Shown here one piece after another: positions 13,601 through 25,285 of a stretch of DNA of 64,000 nt. Source of the stretch: Heteronotia binoei (taxonomy: Eukaryota); the NCBI RefSeq assembly GCF_032191835.1, contig NC_083233.1, forward strand, positions 31,310,001 through 31,374,000, in the 5' to 3' direction. Position 1 is the stretch's first letter, and every line of letters starts with the position of its first letter. The notes under the pieces were generated by a model that worked only from the letters and a program-made list of their open reading frames with translations, did no database searches and was not told the DNA's origin. The position numbers and the translations under genes are program-made.

Positions 13601-16600
13601 GAGGTGATAATGTTATAAGAAGCTGGACTGTATCATCACACACTGTTCTGAATAGCAGCACATCTCAGGGACCAGGAAAATAAATTTCTCAGCTCACTAT
13701 AGGTGTAAAAGATTGGGTGGAGAATGAAGACAGAGAAGAACTTATTCCTTAGTAACTTTTACCTTAACTGAACGTGTAAATCCACCCCAGATTTACCAGA
13801 GTATTTCCAAGCTTTAGAAAGAACTGGCTTTCAAATGCTGCTTAAAGTGAAATTCAAAGTGAATTTGGAGGCATTCCACAAGAGAAATCTGAACTCACTT
13901 TGGAGGACGCAAACATAGTTTTGATAGTTTCTTTAGGGAAGGCAGATCCTTGAAAGCTGTTTTCAGATGTGTAGTGTAAAAAGGCATCAATGAACACATC
14001 TGAACAAACTCTCTTGAAGACTATGGATCTTCCTTCTGGATCATGTGAAACACACCCATGTTCACCAATCGCTGTTAAGCATGGATGCAAGGGTGGGAAT
14101 TAAGTTCTTGGGTGTACTTTTCCTTGATTCAAAAATTATTAGAAAAGCACACTTAAGACTTTATTAAAATTATCTAATGAGATGTATTTTAGCACCATAT
14201 TAGAAAGTTCAGCTATAATGATTCTCTAATTTGAAACTGAAAAAATATATCACATTAGAGACCTGGAATATATCACATTAATGAAGACCTTGGTGCACTT
14301 TTCCAGTGTTCCATGAATCACAGAAATAAACAGCCAAGATCCTACCACTATTTCTTGTATTAAAGAACCTTAGCAAACACCTGGATATGTTTTTCAAAGG
14401 ATTCCTGAATCAGATCTTAGAAGCACTACCCAGGATTGCTTGACACTGAGGAAAACACATAAGTAGAGCTTTAAAAAAGAAAAAAAGTAAGCTTGGTAGG
14501 AGTATTCACTGGAAATTCCATAAATCAGGTTGCAGTCCAATTATTAATCTGAATGGATGGAATTCAATCACAGAATCCAATCTAATAAGATTTTGCAATC
14601 ATGCCAAGCTGCAATCAGTAGGATTTGAAATGAGCTTTACTATAGAAAATGAATATCCTGCCCATGATTTCTATAGAGAAATAAAAGTTGGAAACATGTA
14701 TACATTTCATATGGATGTGGATCTTAAGAATATGGATGTGGATCTTAAGACAGGTCAGTGAGTGACAGCAAACATGAATGTACAGCATTTCCACACCAAA
14801 ATATTTCTCATTATTTTCTCCCCTTAGCTCCCAATAATATTAAAGTCTTGTGATTCCCATAATGCATCAGTGGTGTGCAAGAGCAAAGGAAGTCTATAAT
14901 GAATATCTCATTTTATCTTTATATTCAAGCTTTGAACCTTTTTGAGTGACTACATTTATGTGGCTCACATCCAAATGTGATTTGGCAAAACAAAGTTTTG
15001 TAACAGCCAGAAAACAATGGTGGGTTCTGACTAGTGAATGTTTAATGTAACTAAGCTCTGTGAGTTTTGTCATGGTAATCCTTTCTACTGAAAGTACGCT
15101 CAAATAAGGATGGATTAACATGCTATGTGAGTTTATTTCTATTGTTATTGTGAGTGGTTTTGCCTTGTCCACTTTTTGTGTTGTATTAATGGTACATTGT
15201 TTTCTTTTTACCTTTGGGATACATTTTTACACAATTTATGCTATTTATATGTGAAGTGTATATTATTTATACTGCTGTGAGTCAGGAATCTAGTCACTGT
15301 GGATGAGTCTAGCCTATAGGTCTGACCCACAACAACATGCTTGGGGTGTCGCAAAAGAATAGTACTATGGAGAGTTCCATCAGTGGTCTTTAATATTTTT
15401 AGGAAATGACTGTGTCCAAGTACCCATTAGAGGTGGACAAGGTGATCCCTAGCTAAAGGAGGCGGGGGGGGGGGGGGATGAAAGGAGACACAAAGAAGCC
15501 GATACTTCTGTGTGTTGGTTGAAGCACTTGATGTGCGGGATCGGTTTGTCTCTCTTCCTCTGCCTAGGAATTTGATGTGGGGCCCAGTAAGTTGATATAT
15601 TTAGTTATATGTTTGTAAATAAAGCAGCTATTACAAAATGCTGTAAGTTAGATTTGTCGAAAGCAGAAAAAAAAAATTGAAATGACATTTTCAAATCAAG
15701 CCAGCAGTCTTATGAAATTGATAGCATTGCTGCTCAATTTGAGTAGTTACCAATTAATAGGAAGATGTGACAATAAAATTTTCCTGCCAAACTGAGTACC
15801 AAATCATGTAACTGAAGTGCAATCGGGAATGAATGCAGCCTCCTATTCACTTCCCAACAACTGAGACAACTATGTCCCGTCCCCCCCCCCCCCAAAAAAA
15901 AAACCCAAACCATTCAGGTTTGGACCCTGGCAGTTCTCCAAAACTGTATGGTATCTGGGGAGGATACATGTATTTGTTTTCCTTGTGGTATGAATATGAC
16001 ACACGGCTAACATACAAAAAAGGAATGCTAAAACCTATGCATAGTGTCAATAGTACATGGCAGTACCATAGTACAACCAAATTTACAGCATCTATCACTA
16101 ATCACAACTGGCTCCATTCACCATGTTGTGCCGTTTTGGAGGTGGATGGGAACAGGACAGGTTCACCTAGTCAGCAGATTAGATGGACAATGGTGAATTG
16201 CCCAAATCAAATTGGACACCAAAGATGTCACTCTCTTACTCTGCACTCCCAGTCCAACCCCAGTAAGATCTTCAATGCAGTTCTGAGCATATTGAAGCAA
16301 TATTTTTTGTGTTGTTACTATTTGTGAATGAATTGCCATTTGAGCAAATTGTTAACCACAGGGAACTCAAGGATGCTATCCTGCTCATAGAAGCAGAAGA
16401 GTCAAGCATCTCTGGTCAGTGGTAGGTCCACAGTAATTAGGTAAATACCTCAACATGTTAAACTTTGACCCAAACAGAAGCTCTATGTGAACAGGAAGCA
16501 TGCCTAGAAAAGTTTGAATACTCCACTGTGCCAGCATATTACTGAAGAGATCAGTAATAGGGATGTTACTAGATTTTGCAGTCCCACTGTTTCAGTTCCT

Positions 16601-16636
16601 TGTTTTGATTTCTATTTGATTGTTTCCTTTTCTTTG

Positions 16637-17317
16637 TGTCATGCCTGCCTCTGACCCAGCACCTGCTAGCTCAGAGCAGGCGCCTTTAACAGCCCTGGAC
16701 GTAAGTCCTGAGGAGGCAAGCCGGCAGCAGGAGCCACCTGGAACTGATCAGGCCACGCCGGGCCCCAGCTCATCCCCTCCTGAATCTCCACCACCTGTTA
16801 GCCGGCTCTGTGAAAGAAGACGGCAGGAGATTAGAAACAGAAGGAGTGAAGCACGCATGCGGGGGAGAAGAGATCTAAGCCCGGCATACTAATGGGTTAA
16901 CAAGCCAGCACAGTATATCTGCAATCCTGGCCCTTTGGCAAACTGTGCTGGCAACGAACGATCCTCCTGGGACGTGACCACGCTCTGCACCCTCTTGACT
17001 CCTATGAGAACCCGCATATTTCTGACCCAGCTTGAATCTTGGACCTCGGAACTCTGGACTGTGACTTTGCTCTGTGGACTTGCTTTGGTAATTTGACTTC
17101 ACTCGGCTTTGCTCTCTCTGGCTACCCGACCCCCGGCATTCCTGCGTTTACGCTCTCTGTCTCATTCCTTGGCTCGGACTGATTTATGGTTTTGACTAAT
17201 TGGACTGTTTAAGATAACGCCTGTGCTGCTCCCTGAAAACCTCAGCCGGCTGCAAGAGTTCTGGCTGACTGCCGGGACGCCAGCAGCCGTCTCCTACCCG
17301 AGGCTCGAGTCGTGACA
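16637..17317 (+). repeat. 5' LTR (681 bp) of chromovirus
   Basis: TGTCATGCC...TCGTGACA. TATA-like GTATAT at ~16913-16918. Confidence 0.95.
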
Positions 17318-17319
17318 GC

Positions 17320-17329
17320 TTGCCAGCAC
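17320..17329 (+). promoter_or_regulatory. Self-priming primer-binding site
   Basis: TTGCCAGCAC, 2 nt after the LTR, is the exact reverse complement of GTGCTGGCAA at 16945-16954 inside the 5' LTR. No TGG-type tRNA PBS is present. Confidence 0.7.
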
Positions 17330-17351
17330 CCATAACTCACCAGACTCCACC

Positions 17352-18233
17352 ATGACCGACCAAGCAGCAGGAGGAGCTGACCCACTGTTGGGTCTACTAG
17401 ACCAGGTGCAGCAGCTGACGCAGGCTGTAATCACACTACAGCAACAAACTGCTTCCAACGCTACTGCCCTGGCCATGGCAGCAGCTCCTCGTTCCCGCTG
17501 CCCGGAGGAATTCCCCGCCTTCCTTGCTCAATGTGAACTGTATATGGAGATAAGGCAAACTGATTTTCCCACAGACAAGACCAAGGTCTGTTTCATTTTG
17601 AGCCTGCTAAAAGGGCAAGCAGCCAAATGGGCCACTCCCCTGCTGTTGGAACCGTCGCCGCTGCTATCAGACTACCCACGTTTCAAGGCTCATTTTATGG
17701 CTACCTATGCCAACCCAGTGCGGGCTGAGACAGCCAACCGCAAAATACGGGCGTTGCAACAGGGCCAAAACTCTGTCTCTCACTACACCACTGAATTCCA
17801 GTTGCTTGCTCAAGACCTGGCCTGGAATGAAGCCGCCCTAATGGACCAATATACAGAGGGACTCTCTGATGCCATCCTTGATGAACTGGCCCTCAGTGAC
17901 CGACCAGCCACACTACAAAACCTGATCCTGTTGTGCCTGCGTATTGATGGGCGGCTGCAGAGTCGCCGCCAGAAACAGAAAGGGAGCCACGCCCCAGCAA
18001 GGGTCCCCACAGCTGCTCCCGCTCCAGGTATCACCGCTCTTCCTCCAGCTGCGGAACCCATGCAGCTGGGCGTCGCCCGCCCTCGCCTGACTCCCGAGGA
18101 GAAGACCCGGCGGCGCAACTGCAATTTGTGCCTCTATTGTGTCAAGGCCGGACATTTTGCAGGTACCTGCCCAGCCAAATTAAAGCGTCCCACAAGCTCT
18201 GCTGCCCCGGTAAAAGGCCAGCCCCAGGTCTAG
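17352..18233 (+). CDS. gag: Retrotransposon Gag (PEG10/RTL-like capsid plus CCHC knuckle), 293 aa, open
   Basis: FLAQCELY...KVCFILSLLKGQAAKWA and zinc knuckle CLYCVKAGHFAGTC. Confidence 0.92.
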   Translation: MTDQAAGGADPLLGLLDQVQQLTQAVITLQQQTASNATALAMAAAPRSRCPEEFPAFLAQCELYMEIRQTDFPTDKTKVCFILSLLKGQAAKWATPLLLEPSPLLSDYPRFKAHFMATYANPVRAETANRKIRALQQGQNSVSHYTTEFQLLAQDLAWNEAALMDQYTEGLSDAILDELALSDRPATLQNLILLCLRIDGRLQSRRQKQKGSHAPARVPTAAPAPGITALPPAAEPMQLGVARPRLTPEEKTRRRNCNLCLYCVKAGHFAGTCPAKLKRPTSSAAPVKGQPQV

Positions 18234-18254
18234 TTGGAGCTCCCGGCCTGGGGC
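18209..18254 (+). promoter_or_regulatory. -1 ribosomal frameshift signal (degenerate slippery site plus stem)
   Basis: G GTA AAA in the gag frame (canonical G GGA AAC), 5-nt spacer, then GCCCCAGGTC (18221-18230) pairing with GGCCTGGGGC (18245-18254). Pol lies in the -1 frame. Confidence 0.65.
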
Positions 18255-21200
18255 ACTTCTTGAGGTCCTCCAGCTCCGTCTATCCACCACACACCCCGTT
18301 CCTGATTCCGATTCGTCTTCAGCTCCCCGACGGTCGGTGGATTTTTGTACATGCCATGTTGGACTCCGAGGCTGCCTGCTGCTATATGGACAACCTCTTC
18401 GCCAAGGAGCATGGCATCCCCATCCGGGAAAAGAAGATCCCTACCCTGGTCGAGGCCGTAGACGGGCGTCTGCTGCGCTCTGGACCCGTCATTCACGAGA
18501 CTCAACCACTCGTCCTATGGGTCCAGCAACACCAAGAGGAACGAACCTTTGACCTGGCCCGCATGCCACGATTTCCCGTCATCCTAGGCCTGTCCTGGCT
18601 TCAGGCTCACAACCCTCATGTGGACTGGGTACAACGGGACCTGCAATTTCCAAGTACCCCTGCGTCACAATCCACTCTGCATCCGGGTCCGGTCCCTGTG
18701 GCTCCCGATAGTCCATCCAGCTCCTCGCTCCCCACCATTCTCCTGGGGGCCGCCACCACACTACCCGCTCCCTACCAGGAGTTCGCAGATGTCTTTGACG
18801 AAAAGGAGGCAGACCAGCTCCCCCCACATCGGCCCTACGATTGTGCCATTGACCTGATGCCCGGCGCTCCGTTACCAGCGGGCCACCTATACCCCATGGC
18901 GGACCCGGAGCTGGCTGCCCTACGGGAGTACTTGGAGAAGAACTTGGCCCGCGGGTTCATTCGACCATCCACCTCACCATTGTCCTCGCCTGTCCTGTTC
19001 GTGAAAAAGAAAACAGGAGACTTACGGCTCTGCAATGACTGCCGGGCACTCAACAAAATCACCATCCGGAACCGTTACCCGCTTCCACTGATCCCGGAGC
19101 TCCTCGATCATGTAAAAGGGGCTACCATTTACGCCAAGCTCGATCTCCGAGGGGCCTACAGCTTGGTCCATATTAAAGCTGGGGACGAGTGGAAGACCGC
19201 TTTTGGTACCAGGTATGGCCAGTACGAACACCTGGTCATGCCATTTGGGCTCACAAATGCCCCTGCCGTGTTCCAACGGTTCATGAACGACGTGTTCCGC
19301 GACCTTCTGGACCGGTTCCTGATTATTTACCTGGATGACATCTTGATCTACTCCACCTCCGTGCAGGAACACGTCCAACACGTACGACAGGTGCTACAGC
19401 GGCTCAGAGCTCACCGCCTATATGCTAAGCTGGAAAAATGTGCCTTCCATCTCCCGCCGGTCGAGTTCTTGGGTCACATCATCTCTCCCCAAGGGACTCA
19501 GATGGATCCAAGGAAGGTTGACGCCATCCTTCAGTGGCAAGCCCCCCAGAATCGGAAGGACGTCCAGCGCCTCCTGGGCTTCACCAACTACTACCGGCAG
19601 TTCATCGCTGGATACGCCAACCTAACCAAGCCCTTGACTTGGCTCCTCCGTCCCAAGGAACCTTTCCAATGGACCCTGGAAGCTGACCAGGCGTTCCACA
19701 ACCTCAAGTGCCGTTTCTCCTCCAGTCCCCTCCTGAGATACCCTGATCCCCGCCTACCCTTCATGGTGGAAGCAGACGCCTCCAGTGTGGCCATCGGGGC
19801 CGTGCTCTCCCAGCGGGACGACCCCAGTCAGCCATGGCAGCCCTGCGCGTACTACTCCCGGCAGCTCTCCACCGCCGAACGCAACTATACGATATGGGAA
19901 AGAGAACTCTTGGCCATCAAGGTGGCTTTCGAGGTTTGGCGTCACCACCTTGAAGGGGCAAGACACCCGGTCCAAGTATTCACGGACCACCGAAACTTAG
20001 AACACCTGCAGACCACCCGCCGGCTGAACCAACGACAAATTCGGTGGTCCCTGTTCTTCTCCCGGTTCAACTTCACCATCTCATACATCCCGCACACCCA
20101 AAACCAGAAAGCCGACGCTCTGTCCCGCCGACCAGATTATGGCACCCCAAGCGCTACAGAAGCCCCCAAGGCTAGCATCCTGCCACCTACGGTCTTTGCC
20201 GCCACCCTGACTGTACCAGCCTTGGTGGCCGAGATACAGGCCAGACAGGCTACAGACCCCTGGGCCCAAAAGCACCTGCAGGAACCACAGCAAGATACTG
20301 AAGGAGAATTGATCACCCGGGATGGGCTGCTCTACCATCGGGAGCAGTTATACGTCCCTCCTGGGCCTCTCCGATCCCGCATCCTCTGCCTCACCCACGA
20401 TGCACCCCCGGCCGGCCACTTCGGGCAACACAAAACAGCCCATCTGCTGACCAGAGACTTTTGGTGGCCCCGTGTCCGAGCGGACATCAGTCGGTACGTG
20501 GCTTCATGTGAGGTCTGCCACCGGGCTAAGAACATACCTACCTAGGCCTCCGGTCTCCTGCAGCCCCTTCCTACTCCCTCCGGTCCCTGGGACGTTGTGT
20601 CCATGGACTTCATCGTGGATCTGCCCTGATCCCAGGGGCACACGTGCATCTTCGTCGTGGTGGATCTATTCACCAAGATGGCTCATTTTGTCCCCTGCGC
20701 CAAAGTATCGTCAGGACCAGAAACCGCCCAGCTATATCTGGCCCACGTTTTTCGCCTACACGGGTTACCCAAGCAGATTGTTTCAGATCGGGGCCCGCAA
20801 TTTACCTCCCGCTTTTGGCAGGCTTTCCAGCAAGGTCTGGGGATGGAGCTCCATTTATCTTCCGCATACCATCCCCAGACTGATGGCCAGACTGCACGCA
20901 CCAACGCAACCCTGGAACAGTACCTACGCTGTTACACCAGTTACCAACAAGATAACTGGGCCTCCCTGCTACCACTGGCGGAGTTCACCTACAACAATGC
21001 CGTACATAGCTCCACACAGACCACACCGTTTGCGGCCAACTACGGACAGCACCCCCGATTTTTCCCTCCGCTCGGCCCCTCCGCCGATGTCCCCGCAGCA
21101 GACAACCGGATAGAGGAACTTCATGCGCTCCATGACCTCCTGCGCGCCCAGCTTCAGCACGCCAAAGACACGTATAAACTGGCCGCAGATCGGCATCGCC

Positions 21201-21647
21201 AAGAAGGACCATCCCTCAAGGTCGGGGACTCAGTCTGGCTCGGTATCTCCGGACCCCTGGCCGGTCCTCCAAGTTAACTGCGCGCTTCATCGGCCTGTTC
21301 CCGATCGAGGCACAAATCAACCCTGTGGCATTCCGCCTACGCCTTCCAGTCCACCTCCGGGTATACCCGGTTTTTCACCGCTCCCTCCTCCAACCCGCAG
21401 CCGTGCCGGACCCTAACCGAGATGTTCCACCACCACCTCCACCACCGGTTTTGGTGGACGATGTGGAGGAATACGAGGTCCATCAGATCCTGGACTCCCG
21501 GCTGCACCGAGGGCAGCTCCAGTATCTAGTGGACTGGGAGGGCTACCCTCCCGAAGATCGTTCCTGGGAACCGGCTACCCACCTGCATGCCCCTGACCTG
21601 CTCCGGCAATTACATGAGGCCTACCCTGATAAGCCAGGCGGTTTGGA

Positions 21648-21685
21648 TGAGGGGGGGCCTGAGGGGGGGCCTGAGGGGGGGATAG
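21648..21685 (+). promoter_or_regulatory. Polypurine tract, triplicated
   Basis: TGAGGGGGGGCC twice, then TGAGGGGGGGATAG immediately before the 3' LTR. Confidence 0.8.
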
Positions 21686-22068
21686 TGTCATGCCTGCCCC
21701 TGACCCAGCACCTGCTAGCTCAGAGCAGGTGCCTTTAACAGCCCTCTTGACTCCTGTGAGAACCCGCATATTTCTGACCCGGTTTGAACCTTGGACCTCG
21801 GAACTCTGGACTGTGACTTTGCTCTGTGGACTTGCTTTGGTAATTTGACTTCATTCGGCTTTGCTCTCTCTGGCTACCCGACCCCCGGCATTCCTGCGTT
21901 TACGCTCTCTGTCTCATCCCTTGGCTCGGACTGATTTATGGTTTTGACTAATTGGACTGTTTAAGATAACGCCTGTGCTGCTCCCTGAAAACCTCAGCCG
22001 GCTGCTAGAGTTCTGGCTGACTGCCGGGACGCAGCAGCCGTCTCCTACCCAAGGCTCGAGTCGTGACA
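21686..22068 (+). repeat. 3' LTR (383 bp) with 297-bp internal deletion
   Basis: Matches 16637-16696 joined to 16994-17317, with CCCT microhomology at the junction. About 10 substitutions and a 1-bp indel versus the 5' LTR. Confidence 0.95.
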
Positions 22069-22289
22069 CTTTGTCATATTCTACTGGGTGAACCTAGAAC
22101 TGTGTAAGGCTCCTCCTCACCAGAGGTGCAAGTATTTGGTGCAAGCCAAAAGGTGAGAGCTCAAGGGCTCTTGACCTGTGGCTCTTAGCCTTGGGAGGGG
22201 GGGAGGTCAGACCTGGGGGCCCTATAAGAAGTTGAGTAGCTCTTATATCTAATATATGTTAAGCTTTATTTTTATTATGTTTTTTTTGC

Positions 22290-23496
22290 TTCTGCAAGCC
22301 TTTCACAAATAGTCTTGTGAGGCGGTTTGTCAGGTGAGTTAACAGGGAAGTGCAAGAAAAACTGAACCACTTCTGTAATGGATTGCAGCAGCATGGCTGG
22401 TGTGGGAGCTGAGGCAGTGTCATGTTCATATTCTTACCCAAAGATAACAGCAATTACACTTCCAGCAAGTGTAAGTTGATAGCCCTATCAGAGGAGTAAA
22501 TACAGAGACTTGAGGCATGCTTGTCCACATTTCATTTTATGGGAAAGTGAAGAGCTCATGACAGAATGCATGAAGTATGATTGAGAGAGCAATAAGAGGA
22601 GTGAAAAGTATCTCAGCAAATGGAGGAGTACACCACACACGAGGAGGGTGCATGGAAGAATGTAACCCACAGGAGCAAGAAAATCTGAAGACATTCTTAG
22701 CCTCTGTTGCTAAGCAATCAGTTCCTATAGATATTAATTCTGGACTACTGGAAAAAAGGTCTACTCCCCCAGCCTTCCTGAAGCTTGAAGGAAATTTCTC
22801 AGGCCCCCATGGATGAGAGGACTCGCTTCAGCTCCTCAATATAGGAGAGGACATGTGCTGATAATTGGGGATTTCCTATTGAGGGGAGTAGAGGCTAAAG
22901 TGTGCCAATTGGACGTTGTCTTGACAGGTATGCTGTCTACCAGATGCATGCATCCAGGATGAGACAGGAAGTATAGGAAGACTTATCAAGCACATAGATT
23001 ATTATCCCTTCTTACTCACCCATGTGGGAATAAATGATATTGCCCAGCATAGCCCAGAATGTATTAAGAGAGACTATGTGGCTCTGGGTAAGAAGGTGAA
23101 GGACCTGGGTCACAGGTTGTGTCTCTTGAAGGCAGTGGCTTAGGAAGGGAAAGAAGAATACTGTAAATAAATGACTGACTGGCTATATAAATGGTGTCAT
23201 CAGGAAAGGTTTGTGGTTTTTGGACCATGGCTTACACTTTTGAGATGAAACTCTCTTAACAGGAGATGGTTTGCACCTCACAAGAGTAGAAAAACGTCTT
23301 TGGTAAAATCCTTGCAAACCTAATATGGAGGGCTTTAAACTAAATCCCAATGTGGAGTGAGACAAAAATTCAAAGCCTAGGGCATGGAGCAGGGGTCACT
23401 GGTAATGTGGGGGAAGGTAGTTGTTTATTTCTTGCATTGTCCACAGGGTTGTACTAGATGATCCTGAAGGTCCCTTCCAACTCTATGATTCTATGA
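22290..23496 (+). mobile_element. CR1 derivative: decayed ORF1 (Zn finger/coiled coil plus SGNH esterase) joined to 3' UTR, no ORF2
   Basis: Degenerate translations MAGVGAEAVS..FLPKDNSNY.SKCKLIAL, THVGIND (~23016-23040), GDGLHLT (~23261-23282), then stop RALN* (~23342). A CR1 3' end with (ATTCTATG) tail follows about 40 nt later. Confidence 0.7.
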
Positions 23497-25285
23497 AATG
23501 TTTGAAATGCTCAGAACTGCATTCAGGATGTTTTGTGAAAGCATGGTCTCACACTGTTTTCATCTGTAGATATCCCCTGTCCTTAATTGAAAATAGTGCA
23601 GAATGTATATACAAGTCTTCTGCACCATTTTCTGTTTTCTTAAGCTGATGTTCTGTATTACATTGCTGCAATTTTAATATCGGTTTTGCATTGGTTGCAT
23701 ACAAGTGATGTATAGTGAATACATGCTGAAACAAGCAAATGACAATAAAAGAAACAAAGCAATCAGGAACATCAGCTGTGAAAATCGTTGTTCAAAACAA
23801 CAATACATAAAGACAAAGAAGAAATGAAGATAGTTATATATATATGCATCTCTAATCAGTAGTGGTGGGCAAAATGTTTTTCATGACATCTCAGCTATTA
23901 CTGTTTTGTTTTTGTTTTTTAACGGCAGAACAGCAAGTAACCCTCTAGAACCTCAGGTTTCCATTGAACTGTTCACAAAGCAATGTATTAACTCTATGAC
24001 ACACATTCACACACACACACACACACAGATCCTGCTGATCATTCCAGTGTCCAGTTCTCATTAATATTACTATCATAACAGAAAATATATCATGAAACTA
24101 AAGGAACATTACTGTCATTGATGGCTGGATGAACCTATGGCAGAGGTTCTGTTCCTTTAAAGTGTGCTTCTATGTATTTATTTTTTTAACTTTGACATCA
24201 AGTGGAATGATTCCCCATTCTGTGGCTTGGCGATAGAATGTCCAATGGAAAGCATGATTCTACTCCCATGGAGAAAACGCTGGGGCACAATCAATAAAAA
24301 TCTATTTTAGTGCTTAACTAGGGCATGGCACAAAGCAAAACTGCCCCCCTTGCTATATTGTGCTGTTTACAAAGTGAAACTACCTCATCATGTTTCATTA
24401 TTTCAGTACTAGAGTTCAGGGACCATTTTTATAACTCTAGATTCAAGTTATCAGGATGCTTTATGTAGAAAAGCAGGACAGCTGGTCTTTTGGGAATCCT
24501 GCTAAGTTTGATTGAACACACACACACATGCACACACACGCACACTCTTAAGAATTAAAGCAGCTGGAAACTAACTGGCTAGAACTAAGATCAAAGAGAG
24601 AATTTAAACAATACTCTGATGATTTTATTTGTCTACCACAGTTGAATCCTTTAGGACTGCCTTCATTCTAAATATGTTCAATTTTACTGTTTTGTATATA
24701 ACTATCTTCAGAGTTAAAATGGCTGGCAGTTAGAGATGGGACTTCATATGTGGAGACCCCTAACCTGTGAATTCCCCCTCCCTTATTTATTGGGCTGATG
24801 CCAGGGAAAATATGCCCCCCCCCTTTTAAGATGTCATATCACTTCAATAAAGATTTTTATTCATTAACTACTAGGTTTGCTAGCAAATGCTGGGAGATTT
24901 TATGGACAGTGCCTTGAGAGAGTAAGGAGGAAGTGATGTCACTTCTTTATAATCCTATCTTCTGACAATTTTTCCTTCCTACTCCTCAGTTTCTTTCTGA
25001 AGGGGGATAGTGGCTGGGGGTAGGTGTTTAACCCACAATAGATAGATAAATGACAAGCCCATTAACAACTGATCTGAGCCTTGTTAAAGACTCATCCCCT
25101 TCCCCCCTCCCCCAATGCTGGCAAATACTAGGGATCATACTGGTGATGCCTCAGTCCTAAAGAAAACACTTCTCCAAGTCCTTTGACTGGAAAACCATGA
25201 GAGTCTCTGCTTTATGAAAAGTTTCCTCATCAAGAAATAAGCCCATACTGTTCTCAGTTCCAATCAGGGCCCAACCAGTCTAAAA

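Larger units (their letters stand above)
18209..21685 (+). pseudogene. pol: Pol (protease, RT, RNase H, integrase, chromodomain) with stops and frameshift
   Basis: Protease LDSEA (DSG to DSE), RT YLDD, RNase H VEADAS, integrase HHCC, stops at ~20543 and ~20626, core SDRGPQF...GQTARTN (catalytic E to A), and chromodomain YEVHQILDSR...YLVDWEGY...SWEP at ~21470-21600. Confidence 0.93.
16637..22068 (+). mobile_element. Full-length Ty3/Gypsy chromovirus (sushi/Tf1-type) LTR retrotransposon, inactivated
   Basis: TG..CA LTRs at 16637-17317 and 21686-22068, 5-bp TSD CTTTG (16632-16636, 22069-22073), and gag, PR-RT-RNaseH-IN, chromodomain and PPT in order. Confidence 0.97.

Noticed and set aside
14711-14750. 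Short tandem duplications (21 bp here, 12 bp at ~3181-3207, ~35 bp at ~42743-42805)
   Set aside because: Two-copy slippage duplications without spacers, so not CRISPR-like or otherwise structured.
15833-16327. 164-aa ORF
   Set aside because: Runs through poly-C and poly-A tracts and AT-rich intergenic-like sequence with no domain or codon bias.
16620-16892. 90-aa ORF across the chromovirus 5' LTR
   Set aside because: It starts in flanking DNA outside the LTR and is a low-complexity P/S/R-rich reading of U3.
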